DNA from: an uncultured Erysipelotrichaceae bacterium
GTDB taxonomy: Bacteria > Bacillota_I > Bacilli_A > RFN20 > CAG-826
Assembly: GCA_902803285.1 (NCBI GenBank)
Contig: CADCPC010000061.1
Location: forward strand, 1 to 50,347
Length of the DNA stretch: 50,347 bases
Direction: 5' to 3'
Made by a program: the position numbers and the translations under genes
The notes under the pieces: generated by a model
Seen by the model: the letters and a program-made list of their open reading frames with translations, nothing else
Told to the model about the DNA's origin: nothing
Databases searched by the model: none
Shown here: positions 37,585 to 46,572 of the stretch, piece by piece
Position numbering within the stretch: position 1 is the stretch's first letter
Layout of the letters: each line of letters starts with the position of its first letter

Positions 37585-38871
37585 ATGAATTTTAAAGAAA
37601 ACATTCTAGAATTCCTCTCTGAAAAAGAAGCGAATGAACTTATTAGTTCTTTTTCTAATGAATCAGAACATGCAGTTATATTGAATTCTCAAAAAATGAG
37701 CGATGAAGAATTTTTAAGTTTGTTTCCAAATGTTATTAAGCATCCTTGCGTAGATCACGCTTATCTTTATGATAAAAACGAATATGCTTTAGGAAAAAGC
37801 ATATATCACGAACTGGGGTGTTTTTATTTGCAAGATCCTAGTGCGATGGTCACTGCTTCACTACTAGACATTAAAGAAGATGATTTAGTGTTAGATATGT
37901 GTGCTGCTCCAGGAGGAAAAAGCATCCAAGCTTCTTTCAAGATGAACAATAACGGACTTATAGTTGCTAATGATTTATCTAAGCCTAGAGCCTTTTCAAT
38001 CGTAGAAAACGCTGAAAGATTAGGACTTAAAAATCTATTAGTGATTAATAACGATTTTGAAAAGATATATCAAAATTATAGAGACACGTTTGATGTTGTT
38101 ATTCTAGACGCTCCTTGTTCTGGAAGTGGGATGTTTAGAAAAGATGATAAAATGATTGATGATTGGTCTATAAACAAAGTTTATAAATTCCAAGAAATTC
38201 AAAAAAGATTAATCGAAATTGCCTACTATATGCTTGCTCCAGGAGGAACGTTATCATATTCCACTTGTAGCTATTCCAAAGAAGAAAACGAAGATGTTAT
38301 TCATCATCTACTTTCTCATAGTGACGCCGTTATCACTCCTATAAAACATATTGATGGAGAATATATCAATCCAAAAGATCCTATTGGTGTTAGATTAATG
38401 CCTTATAAGTTTAAAGGTGAGGGGCAATATATTTGTCAAATTAAAAAACCAGGTGAAAAACAAGCTCATAGACCTGAACACGAAAACAAATATCAAAAAC
38501 TATTGCCAGAAGTTCTAAAAGATTCCGATGTTAGAAAATTTGGTGATACTTATTTTGCTCTTCCATATAGATTCAAAGATAATGACCTAAACGTTATAAG
38601 ATATGGAACAAAAATAGCCAGCGAATCAAAAGGTATTTTAAGATATGATCTCCACTTCGCAAGAACTTTGAATTGTAATGATTTTGCAAGTGTTGAATTG
38701 AACGATAAAGAGGTTAATGATTACTTATTTGGTAATGTGATTCGTAAAGTCACAAACATTAAAGGATATGTTTTATTGACATATAAAAATAAAAGCGTCG
38801 ATATTGCTAAAAGTGACTGTCAACAAATTAAAAATTATTATCCAAAAGGATTAAGAAAAAAGTTTTATTAA
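37585..38871 (+). CDS. RsmB/RsmF (NOL1/NOP2/Sun) family rRNA cytosine-C5 methyltransferase
   Basis: 428 aa. SAM motif DMCAAPGGKS, catalytic DAPCSGSG and YSTCS motifs. Confidence 0.88.
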   Translation: MNFKENILEFLSEKEANELISSFSNESEHAVILNSQKMSDEEFLSLFPNVIKHPCVDHAYLYDKNEYALGKSIYHELGCFYLQDPSAMVTASLLDIKEDDLVLDMCAAPGGKSIQASFKMNNNGLIVANDLSKPRAFSIVENAERLGLKNLLVINNDFEKIYQNYRDTFDVVILDAPCSGSGMFRKDDKMIDDWSINKVYKFQEIQKRLIEIAYYMLAPGGTLSYSTCSYSKEENEDVIHHLLSHSDAVITPIKHIDGEYINPKDPIGVRLMPYKFKGEGQYICQIKKPGEKQAHRPEHENKYQKLLPEVLKDSDVRKFGDTYFALPYRFKDNDLNVIRYGTKIASESKGILRYDLHFARTLNCNDFASVELNDKEVNDYLFGNVIRKVTNIKGYVLLTYKNKSVDIAKSDCQQIKNYYPKGLRKKFY

Positions 38872-39653
38872 TAGATTCTATTGAATCTATATTTTTTAGA
38901 TTTTAGGCCACTCATCGCTGCGTGATCTTTTTTACGTAAGTCAAAGGTAAGAGCTTGTTGCACTCTGCTTTGAATAATATTAGCAACCTCTTCTGTAGTC
39001 ATGTCTTTATATTCTTCAGGATAAAGCGGTTTTAAGAATTTGACATGTGTAGGATATTTTTTAAGTGAATGTTTTAATGACATTACGCGGTGTGAACCAA
39101 TATGAGCAATCGGCACAATTGGAACCCCTGCTTTCATCGCGCTTCTAAAAGCGCCGTGTTGGAAAGGTAGTAGTTTTGCCATTTGATCTTTATTTCTTGT
39201 GCCTTCTGCAAAAATAAACCAGCTTTGTTCTCCTTTTGCTAAAGAAGCTTGAACTTGGAGCATCACTTTTAACTGTTGTTTTAAATTTTTACGATCTAAG
39301 AACAAAGAATTAGAGGCCGTAAAAACACTACCCACTAGAGGAATCTTTTTTACTTCGATTTTTCCAACAAAAGCTATTGGTTCATCAAATATATCAAAAA
39401 ATGCTAAAGGATCTAATGCGCTTAAGTGATTAGGAAAATAACACGCTGCTCCTTCTGGTATATTTTCTTTTCCTTCAATATGGAAATCATATTTAAGAGC
39501 TTTGTTGGCCTTTTTAACTAATTTTCGGACGGCGTTATATCTCTTTTGAAGTGGGTATTTGTCTTTATGTTTGCTATATCTAATAATCCAAGCAAAATAA
39601 TCCCATATAGCGAGAGGAACAACTTTAAAAATAACAGTTAATAAATGCCACAT
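38868..39653 (-). CDS. plsC: 1-acyl-sn-glycerol-3-phosphate acyltransferase
   Basis: 261 aa. NHLSALD (HxxxxD) and FAEGTR acyltransferase motifs. Confidence 0.9.
   Translation of the reverse strand: MWHLLTVIFKVVPLAIWDYFAWIIRYSKHKDKYPLQKRYNAVRKLVKKANKALKYDFHIEGKENIPEGAACYFPNHLSALDPLAFFDIFDEPIAFVGKIEVKKIPLVGSVFTASNSLFLDRKNLKQQLKVMLQVQASLAKGEQSWFIFAEGTRNKDQMAKLLPFQHGAFRSAMKAGVPIVPIAHIGSHRVMSLKHSLKKYPTHVKFLKPLYPEEYKDMTTEEVANIIQSRVQQALTFDLRKKDHAAMSGLKSKKYRFNRIY
38872..38897 (+). terminator. Terminator of the methyltransferase gene embedded in the 3' coding end of convergent plsC
   Basis: TAGATTC-TATT-GAATCTA followed by TATTTTTT on the plus strand, starting 1 nt after the methyltransferase stop. 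Confidence 0.6.
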
Positions 39654-39656
39654 AAA

Positions 39657-41726
39657 TTAAATTAATTCGAATATTGTCACGCTATTAGGTGGAGCGATAA
39701 AATTTTTAATTTTATAATCATCACGATTAGTGATAATTCCACTACTAGAAAGTAAAAGGGTAAAATAATCATCAAAATCTACAGTTGAGGTAATATTGTT
39801 AGGGTTAATGATTAAAAGCACTTTTCTTGATTTATCAAGGAATTTTGCATCTCTTATTGCAATTGTTAAAACATCATTTTCAAGCCAGAAGAAATCGAAG
39901 ACATTTTTAATATCATCAATACTAGCGAGTTTAAAGATAGAATATGTTTTTCTAATTTTTATGACATCGGAAAGATAATTAACCATATCCATTCTTTCTT
40001 CTACCAAATCCCAGTCCATATTGTTAACGTCTTTAACGTTATATGTGTTATCTAATCCAAATTTAGATAAACCAATTTCTTGACCCATATGGATAAGAGG
40101 AATACCTAATGAAAGCACCGTTAAAGCGTTAGCGAATTTAATAACTTTAAGAATATCTTCTTCAGAATCATAAATGTTAGTTAATTTATCATATAAAGTT
40201 TGATTATCATGACATTCAACATAGTTGATTGATTGATTTGCGTTACTAAATTTACCATTTAAGACGCTTCCAAGGAAAGAAGCTTCCGCTACTTCTTTAT
40301 GATATAAATTACCACTTATAAAGCCTTTTTGGCTTCTATCAAAAGTCGGTCCTTTGATAATATCTCTAAATGTATCATTGAAGAAGGCCATACCTGGCAT
40401 CTTATCAGCATTTAACATTGATGATTTTTTATCATCAGGTAAAGCGGTATCCATATGCCAGCCTTCTCCGTATAACATCGCATCCTTTTTGATGCCTTTT
40501 ACCATCTTAATAATTTCATTAGTGGTATCGATATCGATAAGGCCTAAAAGGTCAAATCTTAAGCCATCAATATCATAAACTTCAAATAAGAAACGGATAG
40601 AATCTAAGATGATTTTTCTGACCATCTTTCTTTCACTAGCAATGTCATTGCCACATCCAGAAGCATTCGATAATCTATTTTTCTTTTTACGGAAATAATA
40701 ATATGGAATATTCTTTTGGAATTCTGAATTAATATAATCATAAATATGATTATAGACAACATCTAAAACCACTCTGATGCCTTGTTTATGAAGCTCATTA
40801 ACTAAGGTTTTAAACTCCACCATTTTACTCATTGGATCTTCAGGAGTAGTAGAATAACTGCCTTCAAGAGCAAACCAACTAATTGGATCATATCCCCAGT
40901 TATAAGTATTCTTAACTATGTCGTCCACATTAGCGAAATCTAATACTGGTAGTAATTGAATATGGGTAATGCCAATTTTCTTTAAGTAATCGACTTTATC
41001 TAAAATCGCTAAATAAGTACCTTTATTTTCTAAATCAGTCGCTTCGGTAAAATCACGAACATTAAGTTCGTAAATAATAGCGTCGTTATAACTATTAAAA
41101 GGAGTGTTACATTTTTTAGTGCCTAATGATTTCACTAATTCTAAATCAATAACTGCAGAATATTCGCTATTAAGGGAATTAGATTTTTCATAAGGATCAC
41201 GCACTACTTTTTCACGTCCGTTAATCTTAATTACATAGACGTATTTTTTGTTGAATAAATCGCCTTGAATATCAATAACATAAACACCTTTATCTTCACG
41301 TTTCATTTCATGAAGTACGAAATTTTCATCACTTGTTTCTAGTTTTAGGTAGCAGCTGCTCGCTAAAGGGGACCAGAATTTGAATGATGTAGATTTTTTG
41401 CTATATGTCGCGCCTAAATCATTTTTATCGTAAGTATATAATTCTTCGAATTCATGGCTAGCAATATAAGAATCGTAATCTAAATCAACAATCTCTTCTT
41501 CGCTGCTAATAACTTTATAATCTTTTCCTAAATAAATAGGTGCTTCTGAAATAAGGCGGAGTTCCATAAACGAACCGCGTCTATTAATTTGTTTTCTTAG
41601 TTGTGTTTTCTTTTTATCAGCTTGTATGAAAAACTCGATATCATCGATATCATTATCTTCGGTAATGAAGACAATACCGATTTCATGAGTGCTAATTAGA
41701 TAAGCCTGTAATAATTTCTTTTGCAT
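39657..41726 (-). CDS. pulA: Type I pullulanase (GH13), apparently cytoplasmic
   Basis: 689 aa. YNWGYDP, GLRFDLLG, YGEGW and YVECHDN conserved regions. No signal peptide at the N-terminus. Confidence 0.9.
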   Translation of the reverse strand: MQKKLLQAYLISTHEIGIVFITEDNDIDDIEFFIQADKKKTQLRKQINRRGSFMELRLISEAPIYLGKDYKVISSEEEIVDLDYDSYIASHEFEELYTYDKNDLGATYSKKSTSFKFWSPLASSCYLKLETSDENFVLHEMKREDKGVYVIDIQGDLFNKKYVYVIKINGREKVVRDPYEKSNSLNSEYSAVIDLELVKSLGTKKCNTPFNSYNDAIIYELNVRDFTEATDLENKGTYLAILDKVDYLKKIGITHIQLLPVLDFANVDDIVKNTYNWGYDPISWFALEGSYSTTPEDPMSKMVEFKTLVNELHKQGIRVVLDVVYNHIYDYINSEFQKNIPYYYFRKKKNRLSNASGCGNDIASERKMVRKIILDSIRFLFEVYDIDGLRFDLLGLIDIDTTNEIIKMVKGIKKDAMLYGEGWHMDTALPDDKKSSMLNADKMPGMAFFNDTFRDIIKGPTFDRSQKGFISGNLYHKEVAEASFLGSVLNGKFSNANQSINYVECHDNQTLYDKLTNIYDSEEDILKVIKFANALTVLSLGIPLIHMGQEIGLSKFGLDNTYNVKDVNNMDWDLVEERMDMVNYLSDVIKIRKTYSIFKLASIDDIKNVFDFFWLENDVLTIAIRDAKFLDKSRKVLLIINPNNITSTVDFDDYFTLLLSSSGIITNRDDYKIKNFIAPPNSVTIFELI

Positions 41727-41727
41727 A

Positions 41728-44367
41728 TTAGTATTTAGTTAATTCATCGCTTGTAACCATTTGGTTATATTCACTATATTCGTCTCTGACTAAAACTTTG
41801 CAACCTTTGGTTGTTCCATCTTGTTCGGTAGAAACAATTCCTTCTTTTTGGAGTCTATTAAAGAATCTGCCCGCTCTATTAAAACCAACACCGCATTCTC
41901 TTTGGATTTTGCTCATCGAGACAAATTGTTGACTCATAACCCATTCTTTGATGGATTGATATTTATTTTCTTCAGCAGCGTCCGCTTCTTTTTCTACTTC
42001 TCCAGAAGCAACTTTAGCGACCGCTACTTCTTTAGAATGATCGACTAAATCCATGAATTTTTCATCATAGTTAGTTGGGTAATGTTCTTTTAAATATCCG
42101 ACAATACGTGCAATTTCACGGTTATCGACAAAACATCCTTGTAAACGAGTCGCACCAATTCTACTAACAAGAGGCGATTGAACAAGCATATCTCCTCTTC
42201 CTAATAGTTTTTCTGCTCCGCCTTCACCAATAATAGTGACAGAGTCAACAGCGCTAGAAGTCATCAAAGCAACGTGAGTTGGTAAGTTACCTTTAATAAC
42301 ACCAGTAATGATGTTGGTAGAAGGTCTTTGAGTGGAGATAAGCATATGAATACCTGCTGCTCTAGCTTTTTGTGCAATAGAAACAACTGGTTGAGATATT
42401 TCTTTACAGTTATCCACTAAATCAGCGTATTCATCAATAACTACCAATATGTAAGGCAACGTATCAATGTTATGTTCTCTTGCGTATTCGTTAAATTGTT
42501 TGATATTGCTACATTCATCTGCATCTGCAAATTTTTGATAACGATCATTCATTTCATCAACAAGTTTAGAAAGCATGACTTTTGCTTGGCTTGCTTCAGT
42601 AATGATTGGGCATAATAAGTGAGGCATCTCACGATATTTAGTCATTTCTACTCTCTTAGGATCAACGAGAACAATCTTCAAATCATCAGGAGAAGTTCTC
42701 ATGATTAAAGTAGAAATAATGGAGTGAGTATAAATAGATTTACCACTACCAGTGGTACCTGCCACTAATAGATGAGGAAAATCATCAAAATCTGCAGAAA
42801 CAATATCCCCAGAAATGTTCTTACCAAAACCAACAGCAAGAGGATGCTTCTTAGCATCTGGAAGGGATTCGACCACTTCTTTAAAGCTAACAGTTGTGAT
42901 TTTGATATTAGGGATTTCTAATCCAGAATAAGGTTGCCCTTCAACAATTGGAGAGAATCTAACATTAAGTCCTCCAAGTCTTAAGGCGATATCATTAACC
43001 AATTTTTCAACGTTACGCATTGAAACGTTAGGTTCATATTCGATGTTATATCTAGTAACACTGCTACCAATTGTATAGCTAACACATTTAGCACCAACGC
43101 CAAAGTTATTTAGAACATTATTAATGGCAATAACTCTTTCTTCAGCAGCTTTACTGTTAGCCTCAATAGCCTCAGTTACTTCGTAAGTTTTTAGCAGTTC
43201 AGTTGATGGAGGTACCCATTCCACTCTTTCTTTCTTCTTCACTTCTGGGACAACTTCAATAGGAGTTTCCACCATGAATGCAGCAGGTTGAGGAATTGGT
43301 TTTGGTTCTTCAAAAACTGGCTTTTGAGTAAGGAGAGATTCATCTAATTTATGGACAGGTTCCTCTTCCTTGATTGGTTCTTGAACCATTTCATCTAGAT
43401 AGACATCTTCAAAGTGAGGAATGCTAGGATCATCAATATCTTCATTTTCTACTTCTTGATATAAAGCATCTTCATGACTTTGAGATTCAATTGGACCAAC
43501 TTTTGGAGTTTCTAATTCTTCTTTAATAGGAGCAACATTATTATTTTCAAAACTCAAGCGTGAGAATTCAGAAATATCCTTGGTATTATCATTTTTAGAA
43601 GTGTATGGATTATCTAATGAGAAGTTATTTCTTGAGAAATCGTCGTCAGTTAAAGAAATATCTTCTTCTACTTCATAGCCGAAAGGAACTTCCATTGTTT
43701 CTTCTTTTGGCTCTGGAGTATAGATAGGAACAATTTCTTCCAGCTGTTCTTCTTTACTTTCTTCTTCCGCTAAACGTTTAGCGATTTCTTTGGCTTTATG
43801 TTTATCGGTAAACTTTCTTACAAAATCAATAGTTGGTCTTAGCCAAGCTAAGATGAAACCAATAATTAGGAATATAATTCCTAAGGCTAAGACAACTGCG
43901 TTATTTCCAATAATAGAGCCAAGTAAGATGCCTAATAAACCATTGCTCCAATAAGACGGAGTAGCAAATAAATTAAGGAATCCATTTTGATAATAATTGC
44001 CAAGCAAAGCGTGGAAATTATTAATGTTATTGCCAATACCACTTGCGTAATCTAAACCACTTCTGACAAATAAAGCACTGCCAACAGTGAAGAAGAATCC
44101 GATAGAAAAGACAATAACACCGATGACACTTAAAACATATTTAATATGGATTTTTCTCTTAAATATAATGCGATGTAAGCCATCAAGAACTAAGAATAAT
44201 AAAATCAAATAATAAGATGCACCAAATAAGTAGATAAGTGGGAAGACTAAAGTCCTACCAACTTTACCAACATTTAGAGCCAACATTGTCGCTAATAAAA
44301 TAAAAAATATTCCTTTAACAACTTCCTGAAGTTTAGGGGAAATATTTGTCTTCTTTTTTTCGCTCAT
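41728..44367 (-). CDS. ftsK: DNA translocase FtsK/SpoIIIE
   Basis: N-terminal TM helices, acidic/proline-rich linker, motor domain with GTTGSGKS, C-terminal gamma wHTH. Start set to ATG 44367 (MSEKKK...). The track start 44388 is a TTG. Confidence 0.93.
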   Translation of the reverse strand: MSEKKKTNISPKLQEVVKGIFFILLATMLALNVGKVGRTLVFPLIYLFGASYYLILLFLVLDGLHRIIFKRKIHIKYVLSVIGVIVFSIGFFFTVGSALFVRSGLDYASGIGNNINNFHALLGNYYQNGFLNLFATPSYWSNGLLGILLGSIIGNNAVVLALGIIFLIIGFILAWLRPTIDFVRKFTDKHKAKEIAKRLAEEESKEEQLEEIVPIYTPEPKEETMEVPFGYEVEEDISLTDDDFSRNNFSLDNPYTSKNDNTKDISEFSRLSFENNNVAPIKEELETPKVGPIESQSHEDALYQEVENEDIDDPSIPHFEDVYLDEMVQEPIKEEEPVHKLDESLLTQKPVFEEPKPIPQPAAFMVETPIEVVPEVKKKERVEWVPPSTELLKTYEVTEAIEANSKAAEERVIAINNVLNNFGVGAKCVSYTIGSSVTRYNIEYEPNVSMRNVEKLVNDIALRLGGLNVRFSPIVEGQPYSGLEIPNIKITTVSFKEVVESLPDAKKHPLAVGFGKNISGDIVSADFDDFPHLLVAGTTGSGKSIYTHSIISTLIMRTSPDDLKIVLVDPKRVEMTKYREMPHLLCPIITEASQAKVMLSKLVDEMNDRYQKFADADECSNIKQFNEYAREHNIDTLPYILVVIDEYADLVDNCKEISQPVVSIAQKARAAGIHMLISTQRPSTNIITGVIKGNLPTHVALMTSSAVDSVTIIGEGGAEKLLGRGDMLVQSPLVSRIGATRLQGCFVDNREIARIVGYLKEHYPTNYDEKFMDLVDHSKEVAVAKVASGEVEKEADAAEENKYQSIKEWVMSQQFVSMSKIQRECGVGFNRAGRFFNRLQKEGIVSTEQDGTTKGCKVLVRDEYSEYNQMVTSDELTKY

Positions 44368-44373
44368 ACGTAT

Positions 44374-44402
44374 ATTATACGTGCGCAAAAAATGTAAGTC
44401 TA
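44374..44402 (-). promoter_or_regulatory. Candidate ftsK promoter giving a leaderless transcript
   Basis: Minus strand TAGACT, 17-nt spacer, TATAAT, then 6 nt (ATACGT), then ATG. No SD. Confidence 0.5.
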
Positions 44403-44410
44403 TGTAAAAA

Positions 44411-44432
44411 GAAAAAAAGCACCTAAGTGCTT
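44411..44432 (-). terminator. Intrinsic terminator after the RNase J homologue
   Basis: Minus strand AGCAC-TTAG-GTGCT followed by TTTTTTTC. Confidence 0.75.
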
Positions 44433-44441
44433 CCTTCTTCT

Positions 44442-46130
44442 TTATTGTTCAAGAATAATAACTTCTATATACGGCTCTCTACCGTTTTCTCTTCTAACAA
44501 ATCTTCTAATACGTTCAGAGATCATTTCTTTTGTAGAAGAGAAATCCTCAACACCATTTCTAAGAGCCGCTGTCACTTCTTCAACATAAATCTGAGTTAT
44601 AGATTTTAATAATGGTTCTGCTTCCTTTTGGAAAACAAAGCCACGCATCTGACAATCAGGTCCAGAAACAATACGTTTTTCTTCTTTAGAAATTGTTGAA
44701 GCAATGATAACAGTACCATCAACACCTAATTTTTGACGGATTTGAACAATATCATCGCTAATACGAGCTACGCCTTTTCCATCAACAAGCATTGGCGTGA
44801 CATCTATGCCTGTCACTTCGTTAGGAAGAATAATTGGTCTTCTACCTTCTTCAAATATTAATTCCATACCATTGTCTAAAACAAAGACATTCATGTGGTT
44901 TAATCCAATACCTAAAGATAATGCAAGTTTGGCGTTATCCATTAAGTTGGTGAAGTTACCGGTAACTGGGAAATAATACTTTGGTCTAAACATATTTAAG
45001 ATAAATCTTAAATCTTCTTCCCTAGCATGCATTGGCGAGACATCTTTATTTTTAATCCACACCACTTCGCAGCCTGTGCGATAAATGGAATCCATCGCTC
45101 TAGTAGCCACCATTTCATAACTTGGTCTTGGAACAGCAGCGTTAACAAAAATATCATCTTTATCAACGATAAATCTGCTATCAGAATTTCTTCCCAAACT
45201 CAAAGCGTTAATTTCATCAAAAATATCATCAGAATGTCCAAGCATTAACACCACGACATCACTTCTCTTAACTCTTAAAAAGTCTTCTTTGCTAATGAAA
45301 TCGGTTGAATCACACTTAATCGCTCCACCTTTAACAGTGATATGTCGCATGACTAAAGCGGTATATTCGTCATAACAATAAATTTTCTTTTTATATTTTT
45401 TGGTTAATCTGACAATTTCTCTTAATCGATACATATTTTGCCAATAACATGTAAAGATTAATCTCTTACCTAATTTGAAATACTTTTCCACCATATCACT
45501 GATACGATGCTTTGGTGAACAGTACCCTTTATGATTAGCACCTTTAGATTCCGCCATTAATAGCAAAGTGTTCTCTTTTGCTAATTCGCTAGCGGTTGCT
45601 AAATCAAAACGATAATTGTCTTCATCAGTTGCGAAATTAATAATGAAATCACTAGTAAAGATAATATTTCCTTGGTCTGTTTTTATGGCTATACCATAAC
45701 TATTAGCGGCGTTATGACATGTTTGGAAGAAAATAACTTCTCTTCCTGCCACTATTCTTTTATCGCTAGGCTTAACGATTTCATAATCAAAACTCACGTC
45801 ATTATAATGATGGACTGCGAGCTGACCTTCCATAACGTTTCTAGTAGTATCAGTGCAGTACACTTTAGCAGGAGCTTTGTGATAAATAAATTTAAGAGCG
45901 CCAACACTTTCATCATGACCGTGTGTCATGAAATATCCGGCGATGCGGTTTCTATTTTTGATGAGATAGTCAAAGTTAGGGAGTAAGCAATCAACTCCAG
46001 GAGTGGTTTTATCAGGTAGAGCGATACCGGCATCTAAAACAAAAATATCATTGTTAATCTCGAGGATATAACAATCTCTACCACTTTCATCAAGACCAGC
46101 AAGAGCAAAAACTTTAATGTGGTCCGCCAT
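44442..46130 (-). CDS. rnj: RNase J family (beta-CASP metallo-beta-lactamase) protein with degenerate metal-binding motifs
   Basis: 562 aa, collinear by eye with Bacillus RNase J1. Motif II reads H70-G-H72-D-E-S75 instead of HGHEDH. His139, Asp161 and His368 are kept. The motif C position reads FPVT390GN instead of PIHGE. Confidence 0.8.
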   Translation of the reverse strand: MADHIKVFALAGLDESGRDCYILEINNDIFVLDAGIALPDKTTPGVDCLLPNFDYLIKNRNRIAGYFMTHGHDESVGALKFIYHKAPAKVYCTDTTRNVMEGQLAVHHYNDVSFDYEIVKPSDKRIVAGREVIFFQTCHNAANSYGIAIKTDQGNIIFTSDFIINFATDEDNYRFDLATASELAKENTLLLMAESKGANHKGYCSPKHRISDMVEKYFKLGKRLIFTCYWQNMYRLREIVRLTKKYKKKIYCYDEYTALVMRHITVKGGAIKCDSTDFISKEDFLRVKRSDVVVLMLGHSDDIFDEINALSLGRNSDSRFIVDKDDIFVNAAVPRPSYEMVATRAMDSIYRTGCEVVWIKNKDVSPMHAREEDLRFILNMFRPKYYFPVTGNFTNLMDNAKLALSLGIGLNHMNVFVLDNGMELIFEEGRRPIILPNEVTGIDVTPMLVDGKGVARISDDIVQIRQKLGVDGTVIIASTISKEEKRIVSGPDCQMRGFVFQKEAEPLLKSITQIYVEEVTAALRNGVEDFSSTKEMISERIRRFVRRENGREPYIEVIILEQ

Positions 46131-46164
46131 AAAACCTCCTTTAACTAACTAGAAGAATTACTAT

Positions 46165-46199
46165 CAAAAAATCTAGATACCTTATTTTAGCATCTAGAT
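46165..46199 (-). terminator. Intrinsic terminator after the DUF1667 gene
   Basis: Minus strand TCTAGAT-(13-nt loop)-ATCTAGA followed by TTTTTTG. AT-rich stem. Confidence 0.5.
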
Positions 46200-46227
46200 C
46201 TTTTTTTATAAATATAATTAAGAAATT

Positions 46228-46572
46228 TTATTTAATTTCTTTAGTAATGATTATGTCACTACCAGTTCCTAATACATCTTTGATGACGACATCGCCAATG
46301 TGAGTTGGAGCGTTTACAGAGACTTTTTCAATCTCTTTCAAAATGTCAAAAATCTTGCCTTTTGGAATGGAAACACTAGTCTTAACACTAGCCATACAAT
46401 TCTCACGATTTTTAACCCTCACAATGGATGTGATCATTCTTTTTGGATTAGTTAATTCATCCTTCGCATATTGAGCGCCTCTTGGACAGGAATTTCCTGT
46501 AACATTGAGATCGTCATCGATATGGAGTCTGCATCCTCTAGGACAGACAATACAAGTTAAATCTTTACTCAT
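46228..46572 (-). CDS. DUF1667 domain protein (Cys-rich N-terminus)
   Basis: 114 aa. CIVCPRGC...CPRG motif. TAATG junction with the upstream oxidoreductase. Confidence 0.75.
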   Translation of the reverse strand: MSKDLTCIVCPRGCRLHIDDDLNVTGNSCPRGAQYAKDELTNPKRMITSIVRVKNRENCMASVKTSVSIPKGKIFDILKEIEKVSVNAPTHIGDVVIKDVLGTGSDIIITKEIK

